From contig JAQVJR010000001.1 in the NCBI GenBank assembly GCA_028695015.1, forward strand, positions 255,297 through 319,296: a stretch of 64,000 nt of DNA. Direction: 5' to 3'. The translations under genes were made by a program, and so were the position numbers. Below the pieces are notes generated by a model. It ran no database searches. It was not told the DNA's origin and saw only the letters and a program-made list of their open reading frames with translations. Shown in pieces: positions 18,767-29,123 of this stretch (position 1 is its first letter; every line of letters begins with the position of its first letter). The stretch is from Minisyncoccota bacterium. Its GTDB lineage: Bacteria; Patescibacteriota; Minisyncoccia; UBA6257.

Positions 18767-20902
18767 ATGGCAATAATTAAAAAACAGTTTTCTGTAAAAG
18801 CAGGAGATAAAACAATAAATATTGAATTTTCTAATTTGGTTGAACAAGCTAATGGTTCAGTTATGGTAAAAATGGGTGAAACCATTGTTCTGGCTTCTGC
18901 AGTAATGGGAACTGAAGACAAGGCAGATTTAGGTTTTTTTCCTTTAATGGTTGATTATGAAGAAAAATATTATGCAGTGGGTAAGATTTATGGCAGTCGT
19001 TTTGTTAGAAGAGAATCACGGCCTTCTGAAATAGCTATTTTAAATGGCCGTTTAATAGATAGAACTATTAGGCCTCTTTTTTCTCAGCAAATGAGAAGAG
19101 AGGTGCAAGTAGTAGTGACTTGTCTTTCTATTGATGAAAAAAATGACCCTGATATTTTAGGCATTATTGCTGCTTCCTTGGCCCTGGGTGTTTCTAATAT
19201 TCCCTGGCAAGGACCAGTAGCTGCTACTAGAATAAGTTGGTCAAAAGAAAATGGCTTTATAATAAATGCTGAATATGAAGAAAGAGAAAAATCTGATTTT
19301 AGCATTACTATATCTGGGCCAGATAATTTAATTAATATGCTAGAAGCTGAGGCAGATGAAGTGCCTGAAGATATTGTTAAGCAGGCAATTAAAATGGCTC
19401 AAGAGGAGATTACAAATTTGAATAAACAATTAGAAAAGATTATTAATGAAGTGGGGGTAGCTAAAGAAGAGGTAATGATAAAAGAATGGGATTTAGGACT
19501 AGAAAAAGAAATTGAAAGTTTTACAAAAAATAAATTAGAAACAGTTCTCTATCTCAAAAGCAAAACTGAAAGAAATACTCAGCTTGATTTATTGAAAACA
19601 GAATTAATAGAATATTTAGAAGCTAAAGATTTTTCACCAGAATCTTTAAATGACTTAAATTCAATTCTTGATGAACAAATAAACAAGATTATTCATCAAA
19701 ATGTTTTAGAAAATGAAAAAAGACCTGATTTAAGAAAATTAGATGAAATTAGGTCTTTAGAAATGGCAATTGATATTTTACCTCGACCTCATGGTTCAGC
19801 TTTATTTATGAGAGGTGAAACTCATGTTTTATCAGTAGTAACCTTGGGTTCGCCAGGTGATGTTTTGCTTATGCAGGGAATGGAAGTAACTGGTGAAAAA
19901 AGATTTTTGCATCATTATAATTTTCCTTCATATTCAGTTGGAGAAATTGGTCCTTTGCGCGGTCCTGGGCGAAGAGAAATTGGTCATGGTGCTTTAGGAG
20001 AAAGAGCTCTTTTTCCCATAATTCCCATACAAGAAGAATTTCCTTATACAGTAAGGGTAGTTTCTGAGATATTGTCTTCTAATGGCTCAACTTCAATGGC
20101 TGCCACTTGTGCTTCTTCTTTGGCTTTAATGGCTAGTGGTGTCCCAATCAAAGAACATGTTTCTGGCATTGCCATGGGATTGATGATAGATGAAAAAGGA
20201 AAGTATAAAATCTTAACTGATATTCAAGGCCCTGAAGATCATTATGGAGATATGGATTTTAAAGCCGCTGGTACTAAAAATGGAATTACTGCTTTACAGA
20301 TGGATGTTAAGATAAAAGGATTAACTGAAGATATTATTGCAGATGTTTTAGATAAAGCTAAAAAAGCAAGAGAATTTATCTTAGAAAAAATGAATCAAGT
20401 AATTCCTGAGCCAAGAGAAAATCTTTCTCCCTTTGCTCCAAGAATATTTACTTTAAAAATCAAAAAAGAATTAATTGGTTGTCTTATTGGGCCTGGTGGT
20501 AAAGTAATTAATAAAATAATTGAAGATAATGATGTTTCCATTGATATTGAAGATGATGGAACAGTTTTTGTTACAGCCCCTGATGAACAAAAGGCCGAAG
20601 CAGCTATTAAAGATATTAAAGAGGTTACCAAGGAATTTACTGCTGGAGAAGTAGTAAAAGGTAAAGTTATTCAAATTAAAGACTTTGGGGCGATTGTAGA
20701 TTTAGGAGGCACTAAAGAAGGATTGCTTCATATTTCTGAATTAGCTCCCTGGCATGTTAATAAAGTAGAAGATATAGTTCGTCAAGATGAAGAGCTAGAT
20801 CTAAAAATAAAAAAGGTTGAGCCTAATGGAAAGATATCTCTTTCTTTAAAAGATATTCGTTATTCAGAAGAGGATAAGGATAGAAAGAAAAGATCCAATT
20901 AA
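18767..20902 (+). CDS. pnp: Polyribonucleotide nucleotidyltransferase (PNPase)
   Basis: Two RNase PH domains plus KH (IGPGGKVINKI) and S1 (GEVVKGKV) domains. 711 aa. Confidence 0.9.
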   Translation: MAIIKKQFSVKAGDKTINIEFSNLVEQANGSVMVKMGETIVLASAVMGTEDKADLGFFPLMVDYEEKYYAVGKIYGSRFVRRESRPSEIAILNGRLIDRTIRPLFSQQMRREVQVVVTCLSIDEKNDPDILGIIAASLALGVSNIPWQGPVAATRISWSKENGFIINAEYEEREKSDFSITISGPDNLINMLEAEADEVPEDIVKQAIKMAQEEITNLNKQLEKIINEVGVAKEEVMIKEWDLGLEKEIESFTKNKLETVLYLKSKTERNTQLDLLKTELIEYLEAKDFSPESLNDLNSILDEQINKIIHQNVLENEKRPDLRKLDEIRSLEMAIDILPRPHGSALFMRGETHVLSVVTLGSPGDVLLMQGMEVTGEKRFLHHYNFPSYSVGEIGPLRGPGRREIGHGALGERALFPIIPIQEEFPYTVRVVSEILSSNGSTSMAATCASSLALMASGVPIKEHVSGIAMGLMIDEKGKYKILTDIQGPEDHYGDMDFKAAGTKNGITALQMDVKIKGLTEDIIADVLDKAKKAREFILEKMNQVIPEPRENLSPFAPRIFTLKIKKELIGCLIGPGGKVINKIIEDNDVSIDIEDDGTVFVTAPDEQKAEAAIKDIKEVTKEFTAGEVVKGKVIQIKDFGAIVDLGGTKEGLLHISELAPWHVNKVEDIVRQDEELDLKIKKVEPNGKISLSLKDIRYSEEDKDRKKRSN

Positions 20903-20979
20903 GGTTGACTTTCTTTTTCATAATATTATAATAAATACAGGTGAGAACTCACTGATAAAATTTTAAATAATTTAAAAAC

Positions 20980-22230
20980 ATGCCTGAAAATTTTAATCTT
21001 AATCAAAATACTTATCCTCAAGATTATCCTAAAAAAGAGGATGAAGGGATTCCTAATTTACAAACAAATCTTGACCCAGGAGCAAGTCAATTTCCTCAAC
21101 AACCTTATGAACCTTTGGCAGGAGGACAAACAGATTCATTTCAACAACAAGCACCAGATCAATTTGCAGCTACAGGGCAGCCATTAGGTCAGATGCCTTC
21201 TGATCCTTTAGGGCAACAACCGCAACCGCAACCAGAGTTTTCAGGGCAGCAACAGCCAGAGCCTTTAGAAGGCTCTCTTCCTAAAGACCCAGAGCCAAAA
21301 TTTACACCACCTCCTTCAAATGTTTTTATTAGAACTTCAGAATCAGATTTAGAAAGAATTAAAGCTGAAGGAGGTACTATGCCAGGCATAGAGCCAGATA
21401 TAGCACCACCTCCTTTTTCTCCAGACATGCCTGGTACTGGATTTCAAGAAATACCAGAAGGCCCAGCTTCAACTCCTAAGAAAAGTAATTTAGTTCCTTT
21501 ATTAATAATTGGGATTTTAGTTATTGGTGCTATTTTATTAGGCTATTTCTTTTTATGGCCTATGTTAAGAAAAGAAAAAGAAGTTTTGCCTATAGAATTA
21601 GAAGAACCAACAACAACAACTACAACAATAGCTTATTCACCTTACCCTCAAATTAGCGGTCCTTTTCAAAAATCTATTGTGGATATAAGTATCTCTGGTG
21701 AGATAGTAAAAGAAGCTATCCATGACATAGCTCTTTCTGAGATAGCTTCACCTAATACTTTTAAGGTTCTTATTCCCAAAACTCACAACGATCCTTTAAC
21801 AAATGAAGAGGTTGTTCTTTCTTTAATTTCTGAATTGCCAGCTAGATTACATCCTTATCTTTTAGCTCGCAAATATTTAGTTTATGCCTATTATGGAGAA
21901 GTTAATCCTTCACTTGGTTTAATTATTGATATAGGTGCAGAAAATAAAGAAGAAGCAAAATCAGTATTTTTGTCTTGGGAAAAGAATCTAGGTATTTTAA
22001 AAGATCTTCAAAATTTGTTTTTGGTTAGTGTGCCTACAAAAAGAGATTCTAAAGAATTTCAAGAAACAACCAATGCTGGAGCAGAGATTCGTTATTTCGC
22101 ATATTCGGGTGAAGAAGTAGCTATTAGTTATGCTTTTTTTGACCAATATCTTGTTTTGACTTCATCTTTAGAATCAATAAATAGTGCAATTTCTCATTTA
22201 GGAGGTGCTACAGAACCAATTTATCCATAA
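20980..22230 (+). CDS. Hypothetical bitopic membrane protein with Pro/Gln-rich disordered N-terminal half
   Basis: Low-complexity QQP/PEP repeats, single TM (LVPLLIIGILVIGAILLGYFF), ~220-aa C-terminal domain with no recognisable motif. Confidence 0.3.
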   Translation: MPENFNLNQNTYPQDYPKKEDEGIPNLQTNLDPGASQFPQQPYEPLAGGQTDSFQQQAPDQFAATGQPLGQMPSDPLGQQPQPQPEFSGQQQPEPLEGSLPKDPEPKFTPPPSNVFIRTSESDLERIKAEGGTMPGIEPDIAPPPFSPDMPGTGFQEIPEGPASTPKKSNLVPLLIIGILVIGAILLGYFFLWPMLRKEKEVLPIELEEPTTTTTTIAYSPYPQISGPFQKSIVDISISGEIVKEAIHDIALSEIASPNTFKVLIPKTHNDPLTNEEVVLSLISELPARLHPYLLARKYLVYAYYGEVNPSLGLIIDIGAENKEEAKSVFLSWEKNLGILKDLQNLFLVSVPTKRDSKEFQETTNAGAEIRYFAYSGEEVAISYAFFDQYLVLTSSLESINSAISHLGGATEPIYP

Positions 22231-22269
22231 ATTGCTTTTAAGTTTAATTTAAGTTAAGATGGTATTGCT

Positions 22270-24078
22270 ATGAATAAATTAGCAAAATCTTTTGTTTTTA
22301 TTTTTCTTATCTTTTTAAGTCTCTCGCTCATCTTTTCTGCAATGAGCGGTCTTGTTATTACTCCAGAAAAGATCAGCCTTTCAGAAGCCATTCAGGTTTT
22401 AAAAGAAGAACGACCAACAGAAGTAATTCTTTATCCAAATAAATTTGAAATTGTCCTTAATGAAGAAAAAACTTTTACTGCTGAAAGAGAGCCTAATGTA
22501 TCTTTTTCTGAAACTCTTCAGAATTTTGGTTTTTTGCCAGAAGAAATATCAGCTCTTAATATTGAAGTTAAAGGAGAGGGTGGCCTAGCTTTTTTCCTAT
22601 CAGTGATTTTACCAATTTTATTACCAGTTATTATCTTGGGGTTTCTTTTGTTTTATTCTTTCCGTCGAGCCAATCAAGGGGCAATGCAAATTTTCTCTTT
22701 TTCTCGTTCAAATATTAAATTATTTGCTCCAAGCAAAGATGGTATTAGTTTTAAAGATGTGGCTGGCTTAAAAGAAGCAAAAGAAGAATTAAAAGAAGTG
22801 GTTGAGTTTTTAAAAACCCCTAAGAAATTTTATGATTTAGGTGCTAAAATTCCCAGAGGAGTTCTTTTAATGGGGCCACCAGGCTCAGGGAAAACTTTAT
22901 TAGCCAGAGCTGTGGCTGGTGAAGCCAGAGTTCCTTTTTTCCATATTTCTGGTTCTGAATTTGTAGAAATGTTTGTTGGGGTTGGAGCTAGTCGTGTTAG
23001 AGATACATTTGCTACTGCTAAAAAAGCAGCTCCTTCTATCTTATTCATTGATGAGATAGACGCAATTGGGAGAATTAGGGGCGCTGGAGTTGGTGGTGGG
23101 CATGATGAAAGAGAGCAGACTTTAAATCAAATCTTAGTAGAAATGGATGGTTTTGATAGAGATACAAAGATAATTGTTATTGCAGCAACTAATAGGCCAG
23201 ATGTTTTAGATCCAGCTTTATTAAGGCCAGGTCGTTTTGACAGGCGAGTGATTTTAGATATGCCAAGCATTAATGACCGGGAAGAAATATTAAAAATTCA
23301 TAGTCGGGGTAAAACATTAGATTTGAGCGTAGATTTAAGAGAGATAGCTGAAAGAACACCTGGTTTTTCTGGTGCTGATTTAGCAAACTTAGTTAATGAA
23401 GCAGCAATTTTAGCAGCAAGAAGAAATAAAAAAAATATTAGCCAGCAAGAATTATTAGATTCAATAGAAAAAGTCATCTTAGGCCCAGAAAGAAAAAGTC
23501 GTCTTTTAACAAAAAAAGAAAAAGAAATCACTGCTTATCATGAAGCAGGACATGCTCTAATTACAGCTTTACTTCCAGGCACTGTTTTAGTTAGAAAGAT
23601 TTCTATTATTGCACGTGGTAGAGCAGCTGGTTATACAATGAGAATGCCTACAGAAGAAAAATACATGAAAACCTACTCAGAATTCTTAAATGATCTTTGT
23701 GCTCTTCTAGGAGGTTATGTAGCAGAAGAAATCAAATTTAAAGATGTTTCTACAGGCGCTGCTAATGATTTAAGAGAAGTAACAGACATTGCTAGAAGTT
23801 TAGTAACTAAATATGGGATGAGCAAGAAACTGGGTCCAATTTCTTTTGGTGAAACAGAAGAACTTGTCTTTTTAGGTAGGGAAATAGCCACAGAGAAAAA
23901 TTACTCAGAAGAAACAGCAGCCAAGATAGATAAAGAAGTTTTGGGTATTATAAATAAATGCTATCAGAAAACTAAAAAATTATTGAAAAAAAATATCAAT
24001 AAATTAGAATTAGTTACTCAGGAATTAATTAAAAAAGAAACCTTAGAAAAGGAAGAATTTGAAGATCTTATAAAATAG
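22270..24078 (+). CDS. ftsH: ATP-dependent zinc metalloprotease FtsH
   Basis: Walker [17 protein letters not shown] region and HEAGHA zinc motif. N-terminal TM. Confidence 0.9.
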   Translation: MNKLAKSFVFIFLIFLSLSLIFSAMSGLVITPEKISLSEAIQVLKEERPTEVILYPNKFEIVLNEEKTFTAEREPNVSFSETLQNFGFLPEEISALNIEVKGEGGLAFFLSVILPILLPVIILGFLLFYSFRRANQGAMQIFSFSRSNIKLFAPSKDGISFKDVAGLKEAKEELKEVVEFLKTPKKFYDLGAKIPRGVLLMGPPGSGKTLLARAVAGEARVPFFHISGSEFVEMFVGVGASRVRDTFATAKKAAPSILFIDEIDAIGRIRGAGVGGGHDEREQTLNQILVEMDGFDRDTKIIVIAATNRPDVLDPALLRPGRFDRRVILDMPSINDREEILKIHSRGKTLDLSVDLREIAERTPGFSGADLANLVNEAAILAARRNKKNISQQELLDSIEKVILGPERKSRLLTKKEKEITAYHEAGHALITALLPGTVLVRKISIIARGRAAGYTMRMPTEEKYMKTYSEFLNDLCALLGGYVAEEIKFKDVSTGAANDLREVTDIARSLVTKYGMSKKLGPISFGETEELVFLGREIATEKNYSEETAAKIDKEVLGIINKCYQKTKKLLKKNINKLELVTQELIKKETLEKEEFEDLIK

Positions 24079-24083
24079 TAAAA

Positions 24084-24159
24084 GGGCGTATAGCTCAGTG
24101 GTTAGAGCGCCACTCTTATAAAGTGGAGGTCGATGGTTCAATTCCATCTACGCCCACCA
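24084..24159 (+). tRNA. tRNA-Ile(UAU) with encoded CCA
   Basis: GGGCGTA acceptor, anticodon stem CCACT/AGTGG, loop CTTATAA (anticodon TAT). Body closely resembles bacterial tRNA-Ile(GAU) (TTAGAGCGC, GAGGTCGATGGTTCAATTCCATC, CCCACCA). Confidence 0.75.
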
Positions 24160-24160
24160 T

Positions 24161-24234
24161 GGGCGGTTAGCTCAGTTGGTTAGAGCGCGTACTTGACGTG
24201 TATGAGGTCAGGGGTTCGAGTCCTCTACCGCCCA
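24161..24234 (+). tRNA. tRNA-Val(GAC)
   Basis: Acceptor GGGCGGT/ACCGCCC, anticodon stem CGTAC/GTATG, loop TTGACGT. Confidence 0.75.
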
Positions 24235-24297
24235 CCCTAAGATTAAGGATTAGAAATTAACGACATTGTTTGTCGTTAATTTAAATAACAGGTTTAT

Positions 24298-25266
24298 ATG
24301 AGAAAAATCATTGTTGAACAAATTCCTAAGCCTGTGCGCTTGGATAAATACTTAAAAGAAGTAATCAAAGATATTTCTAGAGAGAAAATTGTTTTTTTAA
24401 TTAAGCAAGGGAAGATTAAAATCAAAGATAAAGAAAAGATCAAGCCCAGTCTTTTATTAAAAGGAGGAGAGGAAATTTATTTAGATGATTCTGTTATTCA
24501 AAAAAACAAAGAAGCACCTGTTTTAAAACCATTATCTTTGAGCTTAGAGCCAAAGATCTTGTATGAAAACAATGATTTATTAGTAATAGATAAGCCAGCA
24601 GGAGTTTTAACCCATGCTTCTCTTAGTAATCTTAATTCTCCTTCTATAGCCAGTTGGTTAATAGGTAAATATCCTTTTATCTCTCAAGTAGGTGAAGATA
24701 AGTTAAGGCCTGGTATTGTCCATCGTCTGGATAAAGACACTGCTGGAGTTTTAATTATTGCTAAAAATAATAATTCTTTTTTTTATTTGAAAAATCTTTT
24801 TAAGCAGAGAAAGGTTAAGAAAAGATATGTTGCTTTAGTTAAGGGTGAATTAAAGCAATCAAAAGGAGAGATAGATTTTCCTTTGACTCGTTCTAAAAAA
24901 TCAACAGTAAAACAAAAGGTAGTTGTAAATAAAACAGAAGAGAGAAAAGCTAAGGCAGCGCTTACTAAATATCAGGTCTTAGAAAGATTTAAAGGATTTA
25001 CTCTTTTAGAAATCATGCCAGAAACAGGCAGAACTCATCAAATCAGGGTTCATTTAGCAAGCATTGGTTTTCCTGTTGTTGGTGATAAGCTATATGGCAA
25101 GTTTAAGAAATCTGATAATTTTAATTTATCATATCACTTTCTTCATGCTCAAGAAGTTTCTTTTATTTCTCCTACTGGAGAGAACCTTGTAATTAAAACA
25201 TCCCTACCTCAAGAATTAAAAGAGTTTTTAAATCAATTAAGCAAAACCTCTAAAAAAGTTGCTTAA
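24298..25266 (+). CDS. RluA-family pseudouridine synthase (RluD-like, S4 plus catalytic domain)
   Basis: HRLDKDTAGVLIIAKN catalytic Asp motif. N-terminal S4-like region. Confidence 0.75.
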   Translation: MRKIIVEQIPKPVRLDKYLKEVIKDISREKIVFLIKQGKIKIKDKEKIKPSLLLKGGEEIYLDDSVIQKNKEAPVLKPLSLSLEPKILYENNDLLVIDKPAGVLTHASLSNLNSPSIASWLIGKYPFISQVGEDKLRPGIVHRLDKDTAGVLIIAKNNNSFFYLKNLFKQRKVKKRYVALVKGELKQSKGEIDFPLTRSKKSTVKQKVVVNKTEERKAKAALTKYQVLERFKGFTLLEIMPETGRTHQIRVHLASIGFPVVGDKLYGKFKKSDNFNLSYHFLHAQEVSFISPTGENLVIKTSLPQELKEFLNQLSKTSKKVA

Positions 25267-25314
25267 AGGCCCCTATTTATGCTAAAGTATTACAGATACT
25301 TTTAAATTATTAAA

Positions 25315-25671
25315 ATGACAAATATAAATATAGAAGAAGTAAAGCCTGGAATGACAGTAAGGATTTTCCAAAAAGTTCCAGCTTTTGATAAAGCAAAATC
25401 AAAAAAAACAAAAGATAGCGATAAAGAAAAAACCCAACAAATAGAGGGTTTAGTTATTGCTCGCAAGCATGGCAAAGAAGCTGGAGCTACTATTACTATT
25501 AGAAGAACAGCCAGTGAGGTAGGAGTGGAATGGGTTATTCCAATTGCTTCGCCTCATATAAAAAAAGTTGAATTAATAAGCGCGGCCCGAGTACGCAGAG
25601 CGAAGATGTATTTTCTTAGAGATAAATCCCAAAAAGAAATTCGTGCTAAACTCAAAGAAAGAGTCAAGTAA
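25315..25671 (+). CDS. rplS: 50S ribosomal protein L19
   Basis: 118 aa, VRIFQK...IEGLVIARKHGK...TITIRR L19 pattern. Confidence 0.9.
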   Translation: MTNINIEEVKPGMTVRIFQKVPAFDKAKSKKTKDSDKEKTQQIEGLVIARKHGKEAGATITIRRTASEVGVEWVIPIASPHIKKVELISAARVRRAKMYFLRDKSQKEIRAKLKERVK

Positions 25672-25680
25672 GTTTTTCAA

Positions 25681-25763
25681 GCGCGGGTGGTGAAATGGCA
25701 GACACGCATCCTTGAGGTGGATGTGTCCGTAAGGACGTGGAGGTTCGACTCCTCTCCCGCGCA
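25681..25763 (+). tRNA. tRNA-Leu(GAG)
   Basis: Acceptor GCGCGGG/CCCGCGC, anticodon stem CATCC/GGATG, loop TTGAGGT, long variable arm. Confidence 0.8.
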
Positions 25764-25773
25764 CTGAAAAATA

Positions 25774-26784
25774 ATGTTTTTTTTTGAATCAAAAAAAATT
25801 ATCCAAGTAGTTAAGAAATCAACGCCTTCAATCGTTGCGGTTTTAGTTTCCAAAGAGCTTTCAAAAGTAACAGAAGAAATAGGAGTTGAATTAACTCAAG
25901 GTTTAGTACAAGATGAAAAAGGAATGGTTAATGTTGGAGGTTGTTCTGGTTTTTTTATAACAGCAGATGGATATATTCTCACTAATCGCCATATTGTAGA
26001 AGATGAAGAAGCTTCTTATACAGTTGTTTGGCAGAATAAAACTTACTCTTGTGAAATACTAGCACGAGATAAGGTAACTGATATTGCTATTTTGAAGATA
26101 GATTCTCCAAAAGAAAAGTTTCCTTATTTGAAATTAGGTGACTCTTCTAAATTACTTTTAGGGCAAACAGTAATTGCTATTGGTAATGTCTTAGGAGAAT
26201 TTCAAGACACTGTTTCTCGAGGGATTGTTTCTGGATTATCTCGGCAAATTAAAACTGAAGGTGAGGAGAAAGTTCAGGAATTTTCAGGATTAATTCAAAC
26301 AGACGCCGCTATTAATCCTGGCAATTCAGGCGGTCCTTTAATTGATCTAAAGGGAAAAGTTATTGGTATTTGCGCAGCGGTTATCTTAGGAGTTGAAAAT
26401 ATAGGGTTTGCTATTCCAATAAACGAAGCTAAGAATATTTTGACAGATATTAAAAAATACGGAAAAATATGTCGTCCTAGTCTAGGGGTAAGATATTTCT
26501 TAGTTGATGAAGAAATGAAAGAATTGCATTGTTTGCCTTTTGATTATGGTGCTTTTATTGTATACGAGAGTATTCCTGGTTATGGAGGGATTATTTCAGG
26601 TGGCTTAGCTGAAAAAATAGGATTAAAAGAAGGAGATATTATATTAGAAATTAATGGGAAAAAAGTAGATAAGAAATTTAATCTAGCTCAGTCATTTATT
26701 AATTCTAAAGCTGGGGATAAAGTAAAAATTTCCTATTGGCGTCAAGGAAAAAAAGAAGAATTAACTGCAGAATTAGAATGCTAA
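25774..26784 (+). CDS. HtrA/DegP-like S1C serine protease with PDZ domain
   Basis: Catalytic HIV...D...GNSGGPL triad context. C-terminal PDZ-like region. Confidence 0.75.
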   Translation: MFFFESKKIIQVVKKSTPSIVAVLVSKELSKVTEEIGVELTQGLVQDEKGMVNVGGCSGFFITADGYILTNRHIVEDEEASYTVVWQNKTYSCEILARDKVTDIAILKIDSPKEKFPYLKLGDSSKLLLGQTVIAIGNVLGEFQDTVSRGIVSGLSRQIKTEGEEKVQEFSGLIQTDAAINPGNSGGPLIDLKGKVIGICAAVILGVENIGFAIPINEAKNILTDIKKYGKICRPSLGVRYFLVDEEMKELHCLPFDYGAFIVYESIPGYGGIISGGLAEKIGLKEGDIILEINGKKVDKKFNLAQSFINSKAGDKVKISYWRQGKKEELTAELEC

Positions 26785-26785
26785 T

Positions 26786-28954
26786 TTATTGTTGAGGAGT
26801 CTTTTTAGAAAAATCTTGAAAATTGGCTAATAATAAAGGCCATTTTTTTAATGAAAAATCTTGTTTTAAGATTTCTTTTGCTTCTTGATGGATTTTTTCT
26901 ATAAATTCTTTATTAAGAAGAGAGCTCATGACCAAATCTGGGATACCTGATTGTTTGGTGCCTAAGAATTCACCTGGGCCTCTTAGAGATAAGTCCATTT
27001 CTGCTAAGCGAAATCCATCATGACATTTTTCTAAAATTTTTAAACGTTTAGCAGTTTGTTGATAAGGAGTTTCTGTGAAAATAAAGCAATAGGATTGGTG
27101 AATAGACCTACCAATGCGTCCCCTAAATTGATGAAGTTGAGCTAGACCAAAATGCTCAGCACCTTCGATAATCATAATTGAAGCATTAGGAATATCGATA
27201 CCTACTTCAATAACAGAAGTAGAAACTAGAATATTAGTTTTGTTTTTAATAAAGTCTTGCATAATTTTTTCTTTTTCTTTTGGTAACATTTTCCCATGAA
27301 GCATTCCAACTTTTAAATCAGGAAAAATATCCTGGCTTAATTTTTGATGTTCTTTTTTAACTGCTTTAACTTCATAATTTAGTTTTGTAGATAAATCAAG
27401 AAGGTCTTTTGCTTTTACATCTGAATTTTCAGTTTCTTCAATTCGAGGGCAAATAACAAAAGCTTGGCGCCCTTTTTTTATTTCCTGGCGAATAAATTCA
27501 TAAACTTTATTTTTATTTTTCTCAGTGATAATTTGAGTGATGATTTTCTTTCTTTCTTTTGGTAATTCATCCAAAACAGAAAGATCTAAGTCACCGTAAA
27601 AAGCTAAAGCTAGGGTGCGAGGAATTGGAGTGGCTGTCATTGACAAGAGATGAGGAATTTCTTTTTGATTATCATTTTTTGAAATGAGCTTCTTTCTTTG
27701 CTCAACTCCAAAACGATGTTGTTCATCAACAATTATTAGGCCTAAGCGGCTAAAACGAACATTTTTTTGAATTAAAGCATGAGTACCAATAGTAATAACA
27801 GGAACATCTATAATAGGAGAAGAAATTACTTTATAAAGAGCTTTTTTTGAAATATTACCTTCTAATTCATTGTCATAGATTTTAGCTTTTGAAGAAGTAA
27901 GTAAAGCAATTTTTAAATTAAAAGGAGATAGAAAGCTTTTGAATTTATTATAATGTTGTTGGGCTAAAATTTCAGTTGGTGCCATTAAAGCTACTTGATA
28001 ATTTGATTTTATGGCTAATAGAGCTGCACTCATGGCAACAATAGTTTTTCCTGAACCAACTTCTCCTTCCAAAAGACGATTCATTGGGCTTTGATTTAAA
28101 TTCTTAGCTATTTCCCAAATAGTTTTTTTTTGACAATCAGTTAGGGTAAAAGGCAGGGATTTTACAAACTTTTGAAGCAAAGGAACATCCAAGTTAATTT
28201 GCGGAGCTTTTAAGAGAGAGTTTTTCTTTTTGTTTTTTAAAAGGAAAATCTGGGAAAGCAAGAGTGATTCAAAGATAAATCTTTCCTTAGCTTTTTGAGC
28301 TAAAAACAAAGAAGAAGGAAAATGAATTTGCTGAAGAGCTTGTGGTAAATTCATTAATTTATATTTTTCAATTAAGAAATCTGGTATGGGTTCTTTAAGA
28401 CTAATAGTTGTTTTTAACAATGGTTTTATAAAATAACGCAATGCCCTAGAGCTTAATCCTTGGGTTTCTGAATAAACAGGAACTAAGCGTCCTGTATGTA
28501 AAGTTTCTTTAGGAAGAGTTTTATTTGTTGTTGAAAAAGAAATTACTTCATAAGCTGGGCTAGAGATAATGAATTTTTTTCCTTTTTGGGTTATTTTTCC
28601 TGATAAGGAAACAATAGACCCAATAGGAATATTCTTTTTTAAATAAGGTTGATTAAACCAGATAGCAGTAATTTCTCCTGTTTCATCTTCTATTAAGGCT
28701 TCTAAGATAAACATTTTTTTTCGAAAACTGCGCCTAATATCCATTTTCTTTACAACCCCCCTAATAGAGGTTTTAATATCTGGCTCTAATTCATTAATCT
28801 TTTTAATCTTAGCAAAATCTTCATAACGAAAAGGAAAATACCAAAGCAAGTCTTTAATAGTTTTAATACCTAGCTTTTCCAAATATTTTAAATAACGCGG
28901 TCCAATGCCGCGTATTTTAGAAACTGAATCAGAAAATTTGATAACAGAATTCAT
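26786..28954 (-). CDS. recG: ATP-dependent DNA helicase RecG
   Basis: Wedge domain followed by helicase motifs (GEVGSGKT, DEQHRFG). Start set at ATG 28954 (MNSVIKF) because the longer ORF runs into tRNA-Arg. Confidence 0.85.
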   Translation of the reverse strand: MNSVIKFSDSVSKIRGIGPRYLKYLEKLGIKTIKDLLWYFPFRYEDFAKIKKINELEPDIKTSIRGVVKKMDIRRSFRKKMFILEALIEDETGEITAIWFNQPYLKKNIPIGSIVSLSGKITQKGKKFIISSPAYEVISFSTTNKTLPKETLHTGRLVPVYSETQGLSSRALRYFIKPLLKTTISLKEPIPDFLIEKYKLMNLPQALQQIHFPSSLFLAQKAKERFIFESLLLSQIFLLKNKKKNSLLKAPQINLDVPLLQKFVKSLPFTLTDCQKKTIWEIAKNLNQSPMNRLLEGEVGSGKTIVAMSAALLAIKSNYQVALMAPTEILAQQHYNKFKSFLSPFNLKIALLTSSKAKIYDNELEGNISKKALYKVISSPIIDVPVITIGTHALIQKNVRFSRLGLIIVDEQHRFGVEQRKKLISKNDNQKEIPHLLSMTATPIPRTLALAFYGDLDLSVLDELPKERKKIITQIITEKNKNKVYEFIRQEIKKGRQAFVICPRIEETENSDVKAKDLLDLSTKLNYEVKAVKKEHQKLSQDIFPDLKVGMLHGKMLPKEKEKIMQDFIKNKTNILVSTSVIEVGIDIPNASIMIIEGAEHFGLAQLHQFRGRIGRSIHQSYCFIFTETPYQQTAKRLKILEKCHDGFRLAEMDLSLRGPGEFLGTKQSGIPDLVMSSLLNKEFIEKIHQEAKEILKQDFSLKKWPLLLANFQDFSKKTPQQ

Positions 28955-28957
28955 AAG

Positions 28958-29029
28958 TCCCCCTGCGAGGAGTCGAACCTCGATCACGGGATCCGCAATC
29001 CCGCATTTTATCCATTAAACTACAGGGGG
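28958..29029 (-). tRNA. tRNA-Arg(GCG) (unusual isoacceptor; identity tentative)
   Basis: Reverse complement: acceptor CCCCCTG/CAGGGGG plus A73, anticodon stem CGGGA/TCCCG, loop TTGCGGA, T-arm CGAGGTTCGACTCCTCG. Confidence 0.6.
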
Positions 29030-29123
29030 TTAGGGGCTTTATTATTATATCTAAATTCTCTCTTGAAGGCAAAGCCCTTTATTTTGTATACTATCTGAAG
29101 GATAAAAACTCAATTTTAATATT

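Noticed and set aside
4058-20674. Antisense or overlapping short ORFs (4058..4267, 5559..5768, 7337..7522, 8554..8769, 8934..9179, 9222..9416, 12862..13059, 15305..15718, 18718..18921, 19084..19305, 20395..20631, 20471..20674)
   Set aside because: All lie inside strongly supported conserved genes on the other strand or in another frame. Their compositions are the mirror low-complexity patterns expected from AT-rich antisense.
25573-25764. 63-aa minus-strand ORF
   Set aside because: It overlaps tRNA-Leu(GAG) and the 3' end of rplS on the opposite strand, and has no conserved features.
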